Below, piece by piece: positions 47,220 through 58,407 of a stretch of 64,000 nt of DNA (within the stretch, counting starts at the first letter, position 1; the number at the start of each line of letters is the position of its first letter). The DNA lies in NCBI GenBank assembly GCA_964456235.1, contig CAYWDX010000002.1:14061-78060 (forward strand), read 5' to 3'. The translations under genes and the position numbers were made by a program. Below the pieces are notes generated by a model. That model was not told the origin of the DNA and did not search any database. It worked only from the letters and a program-made list of their open reading frames with translations. The stretch is from an uncultured Candidatus Saccharibacteria bacterium. GTDB taxonomy: Bacteria; Patescibacteriota; Minisyncoccia; UBA6257; 2-01-FULL-56-20.

Positions 47220-47996
47220 ATGTTTGGGGAATATCGCGACATCGAGGACTTCAAGGAGAAGTCCGGCTACACGATTGACGGTGTTTGGTATCCTCGCGTC
47301 ACAAAGATCGTGACTATTAAAGCGAAGCCGGCGCTCTATTATTATTACGGCGAAGCAAAAAGTTTTAAGGCGGCACAGGAAGCGACGGAACTTTCCGCCA
47401 AAGAAGGCACCATGATTCATGAGGCGGTCGAGGGGCTTCTGCTTGGAAAAAATCCTGAAATTCCGGCAGCGATCGCCCCAGCCGTGAAATCATTTTCAGA
47501 TTTTTTTGCGCAAAATAATATCCAGGTGACGCCGGAGAATGTAGAGCGGCGCATCGTGAACTACGACCATCGCTATGCAGGCACGATTGATGCCGTTGCC
47601 ATGATCGGCGGGAAACTCGGCGTCCTCGACATTAAAACATCGCAGGCGGTGTACCGTGATTATTGCCTGCAAACATCGGCATACATGGACGCGCTGAAAA
47701 GCCAATTCCGAAATCTTTCGACACGGTGGATCCTGCGCATTGACCAGATACAAACCTGCGAACGGTGCGGCGCAACCAGGCGCACGAAAGGCGGGCGTGA
47801 AAAAATTCGGTATCCGGCAAAGAACGGCCGCGCAAGCATGATGCGGCAATGCGGGCACCAGTGGGGCCCGCTCACCGGCGAAATCGAGCTTAAGGAATTC
47901 CCCTATTGGCAAGACGACTTCCAAGCCTTCCTCGGCGCAAAGCGTTTGTGGGAATGGGAGAACGACGAGTGGTTGAAGAAAGTCGGGTACCTTTAA
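47220..47996 (+). CDS. PD-(D/E)XK nuclease-family protein
   Basis: GTMIH, YAGTID, LDIKTS, QTSAY; CxxC insert. Confidence 0.78.
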   Translation: MFGEYRDIEDFKEKSGYTIDGVWYPRVTKIVTIKAKPALYYYYGEAKSFKAAQEATELSAKEGTMIHEAVEGLLLGKNPEIPAAIAPAVKSFSDFFAQNNIQVTPENVERRIVNYDHRYAGTIDAVAMIGGKLGVLDIKTSQAVYRDYCLQTSAYMDALKSQFRNLSTRWILRIDQIQTCERCGATRRTKGGREKIRYPAKNGRASMMRQCGHQWGPLTGEIELKEFPYWQDDFQAFLGAKRLWEWENDEWLKKVGYL

Positions 47997-48010
47997 TGCG
48001 CCGCGGCAAA

Positions 48011-49819
48011 TTATTTCTCTGCCCGCTTGCGGTCCGTCTCGGTTAAATACTTCTTGCGGATGCGGATATTCTGCGGCGTCACTTCAACCAATTCCTCGTC
48101 GGAAATATAATCGAGCGAATCCTCAAGGGAAAGATTGAGCGGGGTTTCGAGATCATCCGAAATGCCTTCATTTTTGGCACGGAAATTGTTGAGTTGCTTT
48201 TCGCGCGCAACATGTACCATAACGTCGCCTTCTTTTGCATTCTCCCCGACCACCATCCCCTCGTAAACGGCCACGCCAGGCGCAATAAAAAGCTGCCCCC
48301 TGCCTTGGGCGGTCAGCAAACCGTAGGCGCGCGCAGCACCCGCTTCGGTCGCCACAATCGAGCCATGAGGAATTGCGCTGATGTCGCCCTTATACGCCGC
48401 ATAACCAAGAAAAATACTGTTCATGATGCCGGTCCCCTTGGTTGAGGTTAAAAATTTATTACGGATTCCGATGAGGCCGCGCGTTGGAACCTCAAAATCC
48501 ATGAAGGCGATTTTTTTATCATCCATCTTCATGTTTTTCATTTGACCGAGACGCTTTCCCATCATTTCGATTACCACGCCAGAATATTGCTCGGGCACTT
48601 CAATGGAAACAAGCTCCATCGGCTCAAGTTTTTTTCCATCTTCTTCTTTGAGAATGACCTGCGGCTTCGAAACTTCGACTTCAAATCCTTCGCGCCGCAT
48701 CTTTTCAATGAGAATAGCGAGGTGAAGTTCGCCGCGCCCGGCGACAATCCAGCGGTCGGTGGATTCGGTGGGCGTCACCTTGAGGGCGACGTCGGTTTCA
48801 AGCTCTTTTTCGAGACGTTCTTTTAAGTTGCGCGAGGTGGTGAACTTGCCTTCTCTGCCGCGGAATGGCGACGTGTTCACGGCGAAGGTCATCTTAATGG
48901 TCGGCTCATCGATTGCGATCGTGGGAAGTGGGATAGGGCGGTCGGAGTCAGAAATAGTTTCCCCGATCGTGATATCAGGAATGCCGGCGATCGCTACAAT
49001 GTCGCCCGCTTCGGCGGTGTCGACATCAACGCGTCCCAGCCCATCAAACAGCATCACGGAAGTAAGCGTTGCTTTTTTGATGCCGCCATCGCGCGTCACG
49101 TGTGCCACCGTCCCGGTTTTACGCAGGGTGCCCGAATACAATCTACCAACCGCGATCTTTCCCTTGTAATTGTCATACGCGAGATTCACGGCAAGGAACT
49201 GCAGCACGTCGGGATGGTCGCTCAATTTTGGCGCCGGAATATATTTTATGATCGCTTCAAAAACAGGCTCAATATCTTTCATCGCGGAAAGGTCTTTGTC
49301 GAGGCCGGCTTTCCCTTCGCGCGCGGCTGCATAGATCACCGGAAACTCGATCTGTTCTTCGCTTGCGTCAAGCTCGAAGAAAAGATCGTAGGTCGCATTG
49401 AGTGCCCACTCCGGGCGCGCGTCCGGCTTGTCAATTTTATTGATGACCACAATCACTTTATGGCCGGCCTGGATCGCTTTGCGCAACACAAATTTCGTTT
49501 GCGGCATCGGCCCCTCTTTGGCATCAACGAGAAGAAGCACGCCGTCTACCATGCGCATGATGCGCTCCACCTCGCCGCCAAAATCGGCGTGGCCAGGCGT
49601 GTCTACGATATTAATTTTTGTGTCCTTGTACATGACCGCCGCATTTTTCGAAAAGATGGTGATGCCCCGCTCGCGCTCCAGCTCGTTCGAATCCATAATG
49701 AGCTCGCTCGCCGCGCCGGTCTTCAATTTGAAATTCGCGCTTTGCTTGAGGAGCGCGTCAACGAGCGTCGTCTTCCCATGGTCAACGTGGGCGATGATTG
49801 CAATATTCCGCAGGTCCAT
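48011..49819 (-). CDS. typA: Translational GTPase TypA/BipA
   Basis: RNIAIIAHVDHGKTT, DTPGHADFGGEVER, GRGELHL, EVTP. Confidence 0.97.
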   Translation of the reverse strand: MDLRNIAIIAHVDHGKTTLVDALLKQSANFKLKTGAASELIMDSNELERERGITIFSKNAAVMYKDTKINIVDTPGHADFGGEVERIMRMVDGVLLLVDAKEGPMPQTKFVLRKAIQAGHKVIVVINKIDKPDARPEWALNATYDLFFELDASEEQIEFPVIYAAAREGKAGLDKDLSAMKDIEPVFEAIIKYIPAPKLSDHPDVLQFLAVNLAYDNYKGKIAVGRLYSGTLRKTGTVAHVTRDGGIKKATLTSVMLFDGLGRVDVDTAEAGDIVAIAGIPDITIGETISDSDRPIPLPTIAIDEPTIKMTFAVNTSPFRGREGKFTTSRNLKERLEKELETDVALKVTPTESTDRWIVAGRGELHLAILIEKMRREGFEVEVSKPQVILKEEDGKKLEPMELVSIEVPEQYSGVVIEMMGKRLGQMKNMKMDDKKIAFMDFEVPTRGLIGIRNKFLTSTKGTGIMNSIFLGYAAYKGDISAIPHGSIVATEAGAARAYGLLTAQGRGQLFIAPGVAVYEGMVVGENAKEGDVMVHVAREKQLNNFRAKNEGISDDLETPLNLSLEDSLDYISDEELVEVTPQNIRIRKKYLTETDRKRAEK

Positions 49820-49880
49820 AATAATAGTTGAGGGCGGCAATGCACCGCCCATCACGAGTAGAAATTATATCAGAAATTGG

Positions 49881-50600
49881 CTAAAAACTCAAGAGCGTCT
49901 CCCACTTCGCATAGAGCTCACGCGTGGCCCGCAGATCAAGCGCATTATATTTCGCAATCTCCAAAAACTTTTTCTTTTTGAAGAGCGGCCCGACATCTTC
50001 CCCGGTCACGCCACCTGACTTTGGGCTCGGAATGTCGAAAGCGCGCGTCCAGAGATGCAAACTCCCCTTGCGCCGCACGGCACCATAAAAGGACAGTTGT
50101 TCGGCGAGGTCAATATGAAGCGCTTCGGGATTGTTCTGATAGAGATAGCGCCCGCGCATCAGGTCTTTCGTTGGTCGAATACCATGGATTGCAGAGCGGA
50201 TCATCAAAAACGGCATATCGAATGCACGGCCATTAAACGTGATGAAGACCTGGTAACGCGCGGCGAGCTCCCAAAATTTTTGGAGCATGTCCTTTTCGGA
50301 CATCGATTTATAGGCGATCCCCTCCTCTTTTAATTCATTGGTCTTTTGGCCAGGTGCCTGATAATAAACTCCGCCCTCGTTTTTGTGATAATCGAGAACG
50401 CCGATCGCCACAATTTCGCCGGTGAGCGGCGAAAAACCGAGGCCACTTTTTAAATCTTTCAAAGCGCGCTGATATTCTTCTTCATTGTCGGCATCCTTGC
50501 GGATCCAGCGCGTTAAATTCTCTTGCGTCGCATCATCAAGACTCTCGAAATCCTCGCCTATCGTTTCAATATCGAGAATAAGTTTGTTCGTTGCAGCCAT
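49881..50600 (-). CDS. DEDD/RNase H-like 3'-5' exonuclease domain protein
   Basis: [18 protein letters not shown]. Confidence 0.82.
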   Translation of the reverse strand: MAATNKLILDIETIGEDFESLDDATQENLTRWIRKDADNEEEYQRALKDLKSGLGFSPLTGEIVAIGVLDYHKNEGGVYYQAPGQKTNELKEEGIAYKSMSEKDMLQKFWELAARYQVFITFNGRAFDMPFLMIRSAIHGIRPTKDLMRGRYLYQNNPEALHIDLAEQLSFYGAVRRKGSLHLWTRAFDIPSPKSGGVTGEDVGPLFKKKKFLEIAKYNALDLRATRELYAKWETLLSF

Positions 50601-50638
50601 TGACGTTTGCTCCATTTTACCATAGAATTGAGGGCGAT

Positions 50639-50914
50639 ATGGCACATACCAAAGCCCTCGGATCAACTAAATTAGGGCGTGATTCTATCTCAAAGCGCCT
50701 CGGCGTGAAGATCAATCATGGTGCGAAAGTTGCGATTGGGCAAATTATTGTTCGCCAGCGCGGGACGAAATATATGCCAGGAGCGAACGTGATGCGCGCC
50801 GGCGACGACACGCTCTATGCGGCAAAAACCGGTATCGTGAACTTCGCTGAAAAAACAAAGCAGCAGTTCGACGGATCAAAGCGCAAGACAACCCTCGTCA
50901 CCATAAAGGTGTAG
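50639..50914 (+). CDS. rpmA: 50S ribosomal protein L27
   Basis: [28 protein letters not shown]. Confidence 0.96.
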   Translation: MAHTKALGSTKLGRDSISKRLGVKINHGAKVAIGQIIVRQRGTKYMPGANVMRAGDDTLYAAKTGIVNFAEKTKQQFDGSKRKTTLVTIKV

Positions 50915-50930
50915 GCAGCAAAAACATAAT

Positions 50931-50961
50931 AAAAGGTCCGGCACCGTCACGCCGGGCTTTT
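50931..50961. terminator. Bidirectional terminator between rpmA and rplI
   Basis: AAAAGGTCCGGC-ACCGTCAC-GCCGGGCTTTT. Confidence 0.7.
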
Positions 50962-50964
50962 TAA

Positions 50965-51411
50965 TTAGGCCTTTTTGATAATTATTTTGAGATTGGCGGT
51001 GATGCCCTTTTTTAGGCCGATCGATACGGTGTGCTCGCCAACTTCTTTTAATGGATATTTAAGATCGAGGTCGACGCGCTCTTTGGTAACCAAACCATGC
51101 TCGCGGAGCGCTTTCAGGATCGTGTCTTTGTTCACGGCACCAAAGAGCGCGCCGGACTGGTCGGCGCGCAATTCAAATTCAAGTTTTGTTCCTGTAATGT
51201 TTCGTGCGATTTCATTCAGGCGATCTCGAAGTGCGGCATCTTCCTTCACGGACTCCGCCTTCAGCGCCTCAAGGTGTTTCAGCGCACCAGGCGTGGCCGG
51301 TTCGGCCAGCGCGTTGATAAAAAGAAAATTGCGCGCGTAACCATCGCTCACCTCTTTCACCTCATATTTTTTCCCAATCTTCCGGACCTCTTGGAGCAGA
51401 ATGACTTTCAT
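50965..51411 (-). CDS. rplI: 50S ribosomal protein L9
   Basis: [21 protein letters not shown]. Confidence 0.95.
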   Translation of the reverse strand: MKVILLQEVRKIGKKYEVKEVSDGYARNFLFINALAEPATPGALKHLEALKAESVKEDAALRDRLNEIARNITGTKLEFELRADQSGALFGAVNKDTILKALREHGLVTKERVDLDLKYPLKEVGEHTVSIGLKKGITANLKIIIKKA

Positions 51412-51419
51412 GTCGAACC

Positions 51420-52670
51420 TTACCCGCCGATTTCCGCACTCAATACCTGGAGTGCTCTTTCGAGTTGTTGATCGACGCCGGCCGTGGACGTTCCGGCCGT
51501 ACCGGCTATACCGGAAACCGTGCTTGAAACGGCAATGTCGGGCACAAGGCCGTCGTGATCGAGGATGCGGCCCGACGGCAACACCCAATGCGCGACCGTC
51601 AACTTGATAGCCGAACCGTCAGACAAGGGCTCCAATTCTTGCACCGTTCCTTTGCCGAACGTCTTCTCGCCAATAAGTTTTATGCCTCGGTCGTCATGGA
51701 GCGCACCCGCGAGAATTTCAGCAGCGGATGCGGACCCGCCATTCACGAGCACCACGAGCGGCATGGTCGAGAGCGCCCCATCGCCCGAAGCCTTATAATT
51801 TTGCTCGGGCACCGTGCGCCCGACCTCTTTTACGACGAGTGTGTTTGGTTTCAAGAAATATCCCGAAAGGTCAACGGCAACTTCCAGATAACCACCGGGA
51901 TTATCGCGAAGATCGAGAATGATCCCTTGCGCCTTCGCGTCCACGGCTTTCACGAGAGCCTGGTAGAACGCGGGTTCGGCGTCCTGCGTGAATTCCGCAA
52001 GCGTGATATGCGCAACGTCGCCTTTCATTTCCAGTTGAACATTGGGAACCTGGATCGTTTCCCGCATGATCGTGAACTTGCGCGGGCTGCTCCACCCGGC
52101 ACGTAGGACCATGAGCGTAACGCTGGTTCCCTCCGGCCCGCGAATCAAATGGACCGCTTGATCCACATTCATCCCTGCCGTCGAGGTTCCGTTGATCGAG
52201 GTTATGATGTCGCGCGCCCTGAGGCCGGCTGCTTCGGCGGGAGTTCCCTTCAGCGGTGCGATCACCACGACATCGCCGCTCGCATTTAAGCCGAGCTGCG
52301 CGCCGATCCCGCCAAAGTCACCGGTTATGTCTTCCTGAAATTGTTTATTGCTCTGCGGATCAAAAAATTCTGAATAAGGATCGCCGAGTGAATTTACCAA
52401 GCCGTTGATTGATCCATATACTTTTTGCTGCGGCGTCGTACTCGGTTCGCGAAGATAATTATCCTTAATCACCTGCCACGCCTCCCAAAACGTCCCAAAA
52501 TTTGCCGCGGTCGAGGTTGGGGTATCGATGTTTGCAACACCGGTTACCATAATATTTTCGGGGACTTTCCGGCCCGCCGCATAACCAAGCCAAATGCCGC
52601 TTATGAGTAGGCCTAAGCCAGCAACAACGGCCAGCGCGAAGCCCGCTATTTTTTTAATGATGCTCTGCAT
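51420..52670 (-). CDS. ctpA: C-terminal processing protease (S41A, PDZ)
   Basis: [29 protein letters not shown]. Confidence 0.92.
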   Translation of the reverse strand: MQSIIKKIAGFALAVVAGLGLLISGIWLGYAAGRKVPENIMVTGVANIDTPTSTAANFGTFWEAWQVIKDNYLREPSTTPQQKVYGSINGLVNSLGDPYSEFFDPQSNKQFQEDITGDFGGIGAQLGLNASGDVVVIAPLKGTPAEAAGLRARDIITSINGTSTAGMNVDQAVHLIRGPEGTSVTLMVLRAGWSSPRKFTIMRETIQVPNVQLEMKGDVAHITLAEFTQDAEPAFYQALVKAVDAKAQGIILDLRDNPGGYLEVAVDLSGYFLKPNTLVVKEVGRTVPEQNYKASGDGALSTMPLVVLVNGGSASAAEILAGALHDDRGIKLIGEKTFGKGTVQELEPLSDGSAIKLTVAHWVLPSGRILDHDGLVPDIAVSSTVSGIAGTAGTSTAGVDQQLERALQVLSAEIGG

Positions 52671-52737
52671 GTACGCTCCAGTATATCATCGCATGAAATG
52701 CCTGACAAAAAGCGGCGGTTGGATTAACATTATATTC

Positions 52738-53088
52738 ATGGTCCCGGCGAAATCTGCCTATCTCGCGGAGCTCGCACGGCGCGCCAAAGAGTCGCACGTC
52801 TATCGAAAATACCAACTCCTGGGACTCGAAATCGCCGCCGCGCTCCACGACGAGCGGCACAAATCGCTTTACATCAAGCTGGCAAAAGAGCGCGGCGGCG
52901 AGCAGCTGTTGCGCCTAGCAAAGGATGTGGCGCAACGACGAGACGTGAGGAACCACGGGGCGTATTTCATGACACTGGTAAAGGCGAGCTCGCCGCGGCA
53001 GTCTATTCGCCCACCGCGCCGCTCCCAAAAAATTAATACTGGAATGCGGAAGCGCGGGGGTATTAAAAGAAAAACCGATGCAAAATGA
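52738..53088 (+). CDS. Small basic hypothetical protein
   Basis: Helical ORF overlapping the def start; CTGACA/TAACAT promoter-like boxes upstream. Confidence 0.65.
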   Translation: MVPAKSAYLAELARRAKESHVYRKYQLLGLEIAAALHDERHKSLYIKLAKERGGEQLLRLAKDVAQRRDVRNHGAYFMTLVKASSPRQSIRPPRRSQKINTGMRKRGGIKRKTDAK

Positions 53089-53623
53089 AATTTTAGTGAT
53101 CGGCGAGAAAAGAGAGGAAAAAATCCTCCGCAAAAAGGCGGAGCCATTTGATTTTTCGAAATTTTCCAAAAAAGAAGTGAATGACGTGATCGTTCGCATG
53201 CGCCGCGTCATGCGCGAAGCGAACGGCATCGGCCTTTCCGCAAACCAGATCGGCCTTCCGTATGCCGTTTTTGTGGCCGAAGTGCCGGGCGCGCAGGGCG
53301 AGAACAAATTTTATTCCGTGTTTAATCCGCGCCTCGAAAAAACGGCCGGCGAGCCGGTTATTTTTGAAGAGGGGTGTTTAAGTATTCCTGGCAAGTGGGG
53401 CAACGTGACGCGCCCCGAGCAAGTGACGGTAAGCGGCTTCGACAAAACCGGCAAGCCGACCAAGATCAAGGCCTGGGGCCTCCTTGCGCGCGTCTTCCAG
53501 CACGAGATTGACCACTTAAACGGTAAATTATTTATTGATCGTACGCGAGACGTGTATGGCAGCGAAAAAAGTACACCCGTCACCGAACCCCGCAATCGCA
53601 CCGCGAACCGCACAACCAAATGA
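53078..53623 (+). CDS. def: Peptide deformylase
   Basis: GIGLSANQIG, EGCLS, QHEIDHLNG. Confidence 0.96.
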   Translation: MQNEILVIGEKREEKILRKKAEPFDFSKFSKKEVNDVIVRMRRVMREANGIGLSANQIGLPYAVFVAEVPGAQGENKFYSVFNPRLEKTAGEPVIFEEGCLSIPGKWGNVTRPEQVTVSGFDKTGKPTKIKAWGLLARVFQHEIDHLNGKLFIDRTRDVYGSEKSTPVTEPRNRTANRTTK

Positions 53624-54489
53624 AATATATCTTTTTTGGAACGCCGCGCTTTGCGGCCATCGTCCTCCAGAAGCTGCTCGACGCCGGCATGCCGCCCGTC
53701 GCCGTCGTTTGCAACCCAGACCGGCCTTCGGGCCGCCGGCAGGTCATGACGCCGCCGCCGGTGAAAGCGCTGATCGAGGAATATGCGCATGAACACCACA
53801 AGCAGATCGCCATTTTACAGCCAGAGATGCTCGACGCCGCATTCTTTACGCATGTCGCCGCACTCGCGCCAGACTTTTTCATCGTAGCCGCTTACGCAAA
53901 AATTTTGCCGCAACTTATTTTAGAAATCCCGCGCCTCGGCACGATCGGCGTCCACCCCTCACTCCTCCCGAAATATCGAGGCCCTTCCCCCATCCAGTCG
54001 GCCATCCTTGAGGGCGCACACGAGACCGGCATTTCACTCTACCTAATGGATGCAAAAATGGATCATGGTCCGACCCTTTCTCACATTAAAATTCCATTAA
54101 ATCCGTTGGCGGTGAATTATTACACGCTCGAGGGCGAGCTCGCGGCGCGCGGCGGCGAACTGCTCGCAAAAATTATCCCGGATTTTGTCGATGGCGACCT
54201 CGAAGCGATCGTCCAAAACGATATTGACGCGACGTATACTAAAAAATTCATGACCGAGGACGCGCACATTGACCCGCACGAACTCCTGCGCGCCGAGCAT
54301 GGCGACGATGAAACGCTCGCCAAAGAAATTCTGCGCAAAATCAACGCATTCACGCCAGAGCCGGGCGCATGGACCATCCGCGACGCGAAACGCGTGAAGA
54401 TTCTCGCCGCCCTGATGGATGGGCGAAAATTGAAACTAACGCGCATCCACCGCGAAGGCGAAAAGATGCCCGTCAAAGATCCTGATTAG
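53620..54489 (+). CDS. fmt: Methionyl-tRNA formyltransferase
   Basis: FFGTP, HPSLLPKYRGPSPI, MDHG. Confidence 0.95.
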   Translation: MKYIFFGTPRFAAIVLQKLLDAGMPPVAVVCNPDRPSGRRQVMTPPPVKALIEEYAHEHHKQIAILQPEMLDAAFFTHVAALAPDFFIVAAYAKILPQLILEIPRLGTIGVHPSLLPKYRGPSPIQSAILEGAHETGISLYLMDAKMDHGPTLSHIKIPLNPLAVNYYTLEGELAARGGELLAKIIPDFVDGDLEAIVQNDIDATYTKKFMTEDAHIDPHELLRAEHGDDETLAKEILRKINAFTPEPGAWTIRDAKRVKILAALMDGRKLKLTRIHREGEKMPVKDPD

Positions 54490-54498
54490 TCGGGGCCG

Positions 54499-56589
54499 TT
54501 AGCTTTTTCTCCCTTCTTCTTCGATCTGCCAGATTTCCTTGCCAATATAGCGGCGCGTGGCCTCGAGGTCGGCGCGGAGTTTTTCCTCGCGCGCGCGTTC
54601 TTCAGCAGAGAACGTGCCGCTCACCTTGAGACGCTGGACAGCGGCGAGTTCCGTTTCAATGTCGCGGCTTAACACCAGGAACCCGCGCCGGAGCGACTCC
54701 TCTGCCTCGCGGATAAGTCCTTCGAGATGCCCGCGCTTCGTCCGCGCACGCCGCATGAACGTGATGACGAGAACCAGGAGAACGAGCGCCGCGATAAGAG
54801 AGACTATAAATAGCCCGAAGTAAAACTCTGCATAATCGAGGCGCGCGGCACCGAGTTGGATGGCGGTCGGCGAAACCGTGATATTAACGCGCGCGGAGGG
54901 TGAACTCACGGCATCGCCCGACTTAAGCTCGGCCCAGGCCGCATAATGCCCGCTGTTTAAAAGCTGCGGGAACGAATAGAACCAGTTGCCGTCATCGCCC
55001 GTCGCCGTCGTACCCGAAAACGTATTTCCAGTTTCCGTCTGCTCAATATAAATTTGCACGGTCGCGCGGGGCGCGTTCGCCCATCCGCCAAGATAGAGCA
55101 CTTCATCATTGCCAAGCGAAGTCGGGTAAAGATTCACGAGCGGCGGGCTCAGTGTTAACGCGCCTGCGGCGCGGGCGGGCGGCGCCTGCAGACCGACCCG
55201 CAGTAACCCCGCACCAGCAAGCAGAATGAGGATGGCGACCACTTTCTTTTTCAGAATCGCTTCGTACTCTTTTTGCTTCGCCTTCAACTCGGCCAGCTTC
55301 GCTGCGATGTCGGGGTGCGCCGCCGCTCCTCTTTCTAGACGCTCTTCAAGAGTCCGATGTAAGCGCCACACCTTCCGGAGGAGATATGCAAGAAGCAAGA
55401 TGGCAAGGAGCGCGATCAGGATGAGATATGGCCACGCAAACACCAATCCGCCGGCAATTTGCACGCCGCCGGGCGAAACAATTTGGAAGAAAGGCGTTAC
55501 CAGCGCCAAATTCGTAGTCGCTTGATAATAATTCCCAGCAACGTCGTATGCCCGCACCACGATGTCGTAATGGCCGAGGGGCAGGTGCAGCAGATATGGC
55601 GAGGTAGCCTCAATGAAGAATGGTTTTTGGCCATTGCTCGACGTTGGAGCCGACAGATTCGGATTGAGCGGAATAACTTTCAGTTCATAATGATCAATGC
55701 CCGAAACCGCATCGGTAGTCTCGAACTGAAGAACGGGGCTTTGGTCAGAGGTGTAATTACTGGGAGAAATTTGTATGTTCATCGCAGCGGGCGGCGTCGA
55801 ATCAATGTGGATGGCATAATGCGTCACCCCGCCCCACAAACCATTCCGCAACGTCTTAATGTGGAAATAGTGGGTTCCATCGGGCAGATTCGGATAACTC
55901 ACCGACGTGGCCGCGCCCCGCGAAACATCGGGGGGCGCATCGATAGGCGTGTCATTTAGGACATAGCCATATCCATCGGCGGGCACCGACCCGGGTGACC
56001 ACTCAAACGCCGCCGTGGCGCTGTTGTACCACTTCGATTGATCGGGATCAGTCGGCGAAGTTACCGCAGGCCCGGCCGGCGGCGGAACCGTGAGCGTATA
56101 AACGCCGTTCGTCGTTTGGCCGAGGATGTCGGTCCCCTGGCCGTTATTCAAAAGGACTTTTGACGCATCCAAAAATTTTACGACCGCAGAGCCGGTGCCG
56201 ACGACCCGGAATGTGACGGTTGAAATTAAACCGGCGTTCGTCGCGATGCCGGGATTCGGAAGTGCGCCCACAAAATGGAGCGTGCCGTCAATGTTCGAGA
56301 AGCTCGGCTGCGTGACCCAGGTGCTGATGAACGAGTTCCCGGTGCTCGGCGAGACTACTTGCAGTTTATCCCGCGGGAAACTGAGATCCGCTTCAACGGC
56401 ATTAATAGAATGACCGCCGCTGTTTACATAAAGGGAAATCGTAAAGGTGCTGCCGACCACAAATGATCCCGCTGCTGGCGATATAAAAAGAGACGCCTCG
56501 GCAGCATGAGCGATGCCTCCGAGAGGCAAGATAAAAGCTAAAAGAGGCCAGGCGACGAAATAGAAACTCGCTTTACGGAGAACTCTCAT
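54499..56589 (-). CDS. Cohesin-domain surface protein with Ig-like domains and several TM helices
   Basis: Signal peptide, ASLFISP..FTISLYVNSGG..INAVEADLSF cohesin pattern, DAVSGIDHYE Ig motif, C-terminal coiled coil. Confidence 0.78.
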   Translation of the reverse strand: MRVLRKASFYFVAWPLLAFILPLGGIAHAAEASLFISPAAGSFVVGSTFTISLYVNSGGHSINAVEADLSFPRDKLQVVSPSTGNSFISTWVTQPSFSNIDGTLHFVGALPNPGIATNAGLISTVTFRVVGTGSAVVKFLDASKVLLNNGQGTDILGQTTNGVYTLTVPPPAGPAVTSPTDPDQSKWYNSATAAFEWSPGSVPADGYGYVLNDTPIDAPPDVSRGAATSVSYPNLPDGTHYFHIKTLRNGLWGGVTHYAIHIDSTPPAAMNIQISPSNYTSDQSPVLQFETTDAVSGIDHYELKVIPLNPNLSAPTSSNGQKPFFIEATSPYLLHLPLGHYDIVVRAYDVAGNYYQATTNLALVTPFFQIVSPGGVQIAGGLVFAWPYLILIALLAILLLAYLLRKVWRLHRTLEERLERGAAAHPDIAAKLAELKAKQKEYEAILKKKVVAILILLAGAGLLRVGLQAPPARAAGALTLSPPLVNLYPTSLGNDEVLYLGGWANAPRATVQIYIEQTETGNTFSGTTATGDDGNWFYSFPQLLNSGHYAAWAELKSGDAVSSPSARVNITVSPTAIQLGAARLDYAEFYFGLFIVSLIAALVLLVLVITFMRRARTKRGHLEGLIREAEESLRRGFLVLSRDIETELAAVQRLKVSGTFSAEERAREEKLRADLEATRRYIGKEIWQIEEEGRKS

Positions 56590-56603
56590 CTTCTATTATT
56601 TTA

Positions 56604-57491
56604 TCACGTCCGCCAGTGAGTCAGATAGAGCAAGATGAAGACCAACACGATACCCCCGATGATTTTCCCGATACTCCAGAAAAACGTAGGCCAGTCATAG
56701 AGAAGGCGCTCCGCCACATTCCCGGCGTTATCGACGACGCGGACGTCGGCTGTCCACACGCGATTCGAGAGGGGTGCTGGATTTTGGATTCCCTGCCATC
56801 CGCCCCAGATGATGGCGGAACGAGTGCGCATTTCGACGCCCCTGATACCCGAATCTGCGTCGCTCACCAGGAAGCTCAAGAGCTTATGATTCGCATTGAA
56901 GGGGTCGCTGATGATCGACAGGAAAGAAATGGTGGGCGGATTTGAGTCGGCTCCAGCCAAGTTCGAGGCCGGCGACGGGGGCGCCGTAGAAGGAACGCTC
57001 CCGGGCGTTGTGGTGGAAGTTACGACGGTAATTGTAGCGCTATGGACTTGCGGCGTTACGCGCGTCCCCTTGCCGTTCGCCAAATAAATATATGACGGGC
57101 CGAATCCTAATCGCGCGGTGCCCGTTGCGACCGCAGCAAAACGTAACACCATCAACTTCCCGCCGATTCCTTCAAAAGAAGAAAATGATCCTCCATTGAA
57201 TGAAATCGTGCTGCCCGCAAAGGTCGGGAGATTTTGCCAAATGGAAATAAGCGACCCCGCGTTGTTCGTACCGACATACTTCAACGCGCTGCCAAAAACA
57301 TTGACACGAATCGCGAACGCATTAGCCGGCTGATCGCTATCCAACAGAACCGTCGCAAAAACATCACTGCCGACGGCCACAGAACTGGTTGGTGTTGCAA
57401 AATAAAGAGAAGCCGCACGGGCCGCCGCCGGCGCGCAGGCCGTGGCCACTACAAATAACGAAAGAACCGATGCAAAAAATATTCTCTTCAT
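56604..57491 (-). CDS. Cohesin-domain protein with Ig-like domain and C-terminal TM
   Basis: ASLYF..VLLDS..NA..LRFAAVATG..LANGKGT; DADSGI, DNAGN. Confidence 0.75.
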   Translation of the reverse strand: MKRIFFASVLSLFVVATACAPAAARAASLYFATPTSSVAVGSDVFATVLLDSDQPANAFAIRVNVFGSALKYVGTNNAGSLISIWQNLPTFAGSTISFNGGSFSSFEGIGGKLMVLRFAAVATGTARLGFGPSYIYLANGKGTRVTPQVHSATITVVTSTTTPGSVPSTAPPSPASNLAGADSNPPTISFLSIISDPFNANHKLLSFLVSDADSGIRGVEMRTRSAIIWGGWQGIQNPAPLSNRVWTADVRVVDNAGNVAERLLYDWPTFFWSIGKIIGGIVLVFILLYLTHWRT

Positions 57492-57496
57492 AGTGA

Positions 57497-58402
57497 TCAT
57501 CCAGTCCAACGATACATAAGAATTGAAACGTCGGGAAAATCAACGCACCCACTGTGGTTAAGGTCGAAGCGGCTTATGCCCGACCCGCACTCATCATAAT
57601 AATAGAGCAGAATCGATAGATCTATGATGTCCACCCGATTATCGCCATTAAAATCGGCCACCTGGAACGCCGGCGGCAAGAGCGGTGGGGCAATCGGAAA
57701 CGTCGAGGTGGCATACGGACTTCCTCCGCCTCCCCCGCCCGGTTGCGGGTTTGAGGGCGGGCCGCCGCCACCGCTACTTGGCGCAACCGCAGAAAGCTTG
57801 GGATAGCTCGCATAGCTGTTCAACGCCGCCCCTCCAGAATTAACCATCCTAAAAAACCATGCCGCGCTCGTCGTCGCCGAGAGATTTACGAGCGCCCAGT
57901 CCCATTCCCCAAAATCCCCCGAAAGGAGCGCCGTGGGCGTTGCTGCCGACGGGTTCGATTCGCCGTAGCTCTCCCCCACCGTTGACGAGCCGAGCAGAAG
58001 GGTGACGATAACTTGGCCGTCAGCGACGGATGGATTGTCCAAGAAGGCCCACGCGGTCGAAGTTGAAACATCGGTCCACGGCCCCGAGGTGGCATTCGCA
58101 TATTGCAGCGTGAACATGCCGCCCGCGGCGAAGGTCGCGCCCCCCAGGTTTGCAACGCTCATCCGCAAACGAATCTGAGAATTGATGTCGGGCGTGTCCG
58201 TTGCCGTTCCCTCTACCGCAAGCGGGATGGTTGGATCAAGGCCGTCAATATTTGCATACCAGCGGTATGCCTGCTCCGATAAAACCGTGACCGAAGGTGT
58301 TGCAGTCACCGTCGCGGGAACACTCGCCGCCTGTGCTGATAAAAAAGAAAGTCCGGGGACGAGGAGCAGGCTAAGAACCGCCGCGAACAATTTCCATTTC
58401 AT
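57497..58402 (-). CDS. Secreted protein with C-terminal dockerin type I domain
   Basis: ADFNGDNRVDIIDLSIL and FDLNHSGCVDFPDVSIL duplicated Ca-binding loops after a Gly/Pro linker. Confidence 0.82.
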   Translation of the reverse strand: MKWKLFAAVLSLLLVPGLSFLSAQAASVPATVTATPSVTVLSEQAYRWYANIDGLDPTIPLAVEGTATDTPDINSQIRLRMSVANLGGATFAAGGMFTLQYANATSGPWTDVSTSTAWAFLDNPSVADGQVIVTLLLGSSTVGESYGESNPSAATPTALLSGDFGEWDWALVNLSATTSAAWFFRMVNSGGAALNSYASYPKLSAVAPSSGGGGPPSNPQPGGGGGGSPYATSTFPIAPPLLPPAFQVADFNGDNRVDIIDLSILLYYYDECGSGISRFDLNHSGCVDFPDVSILMYRWTG

Positions 58403-58407
58403 TGAAT

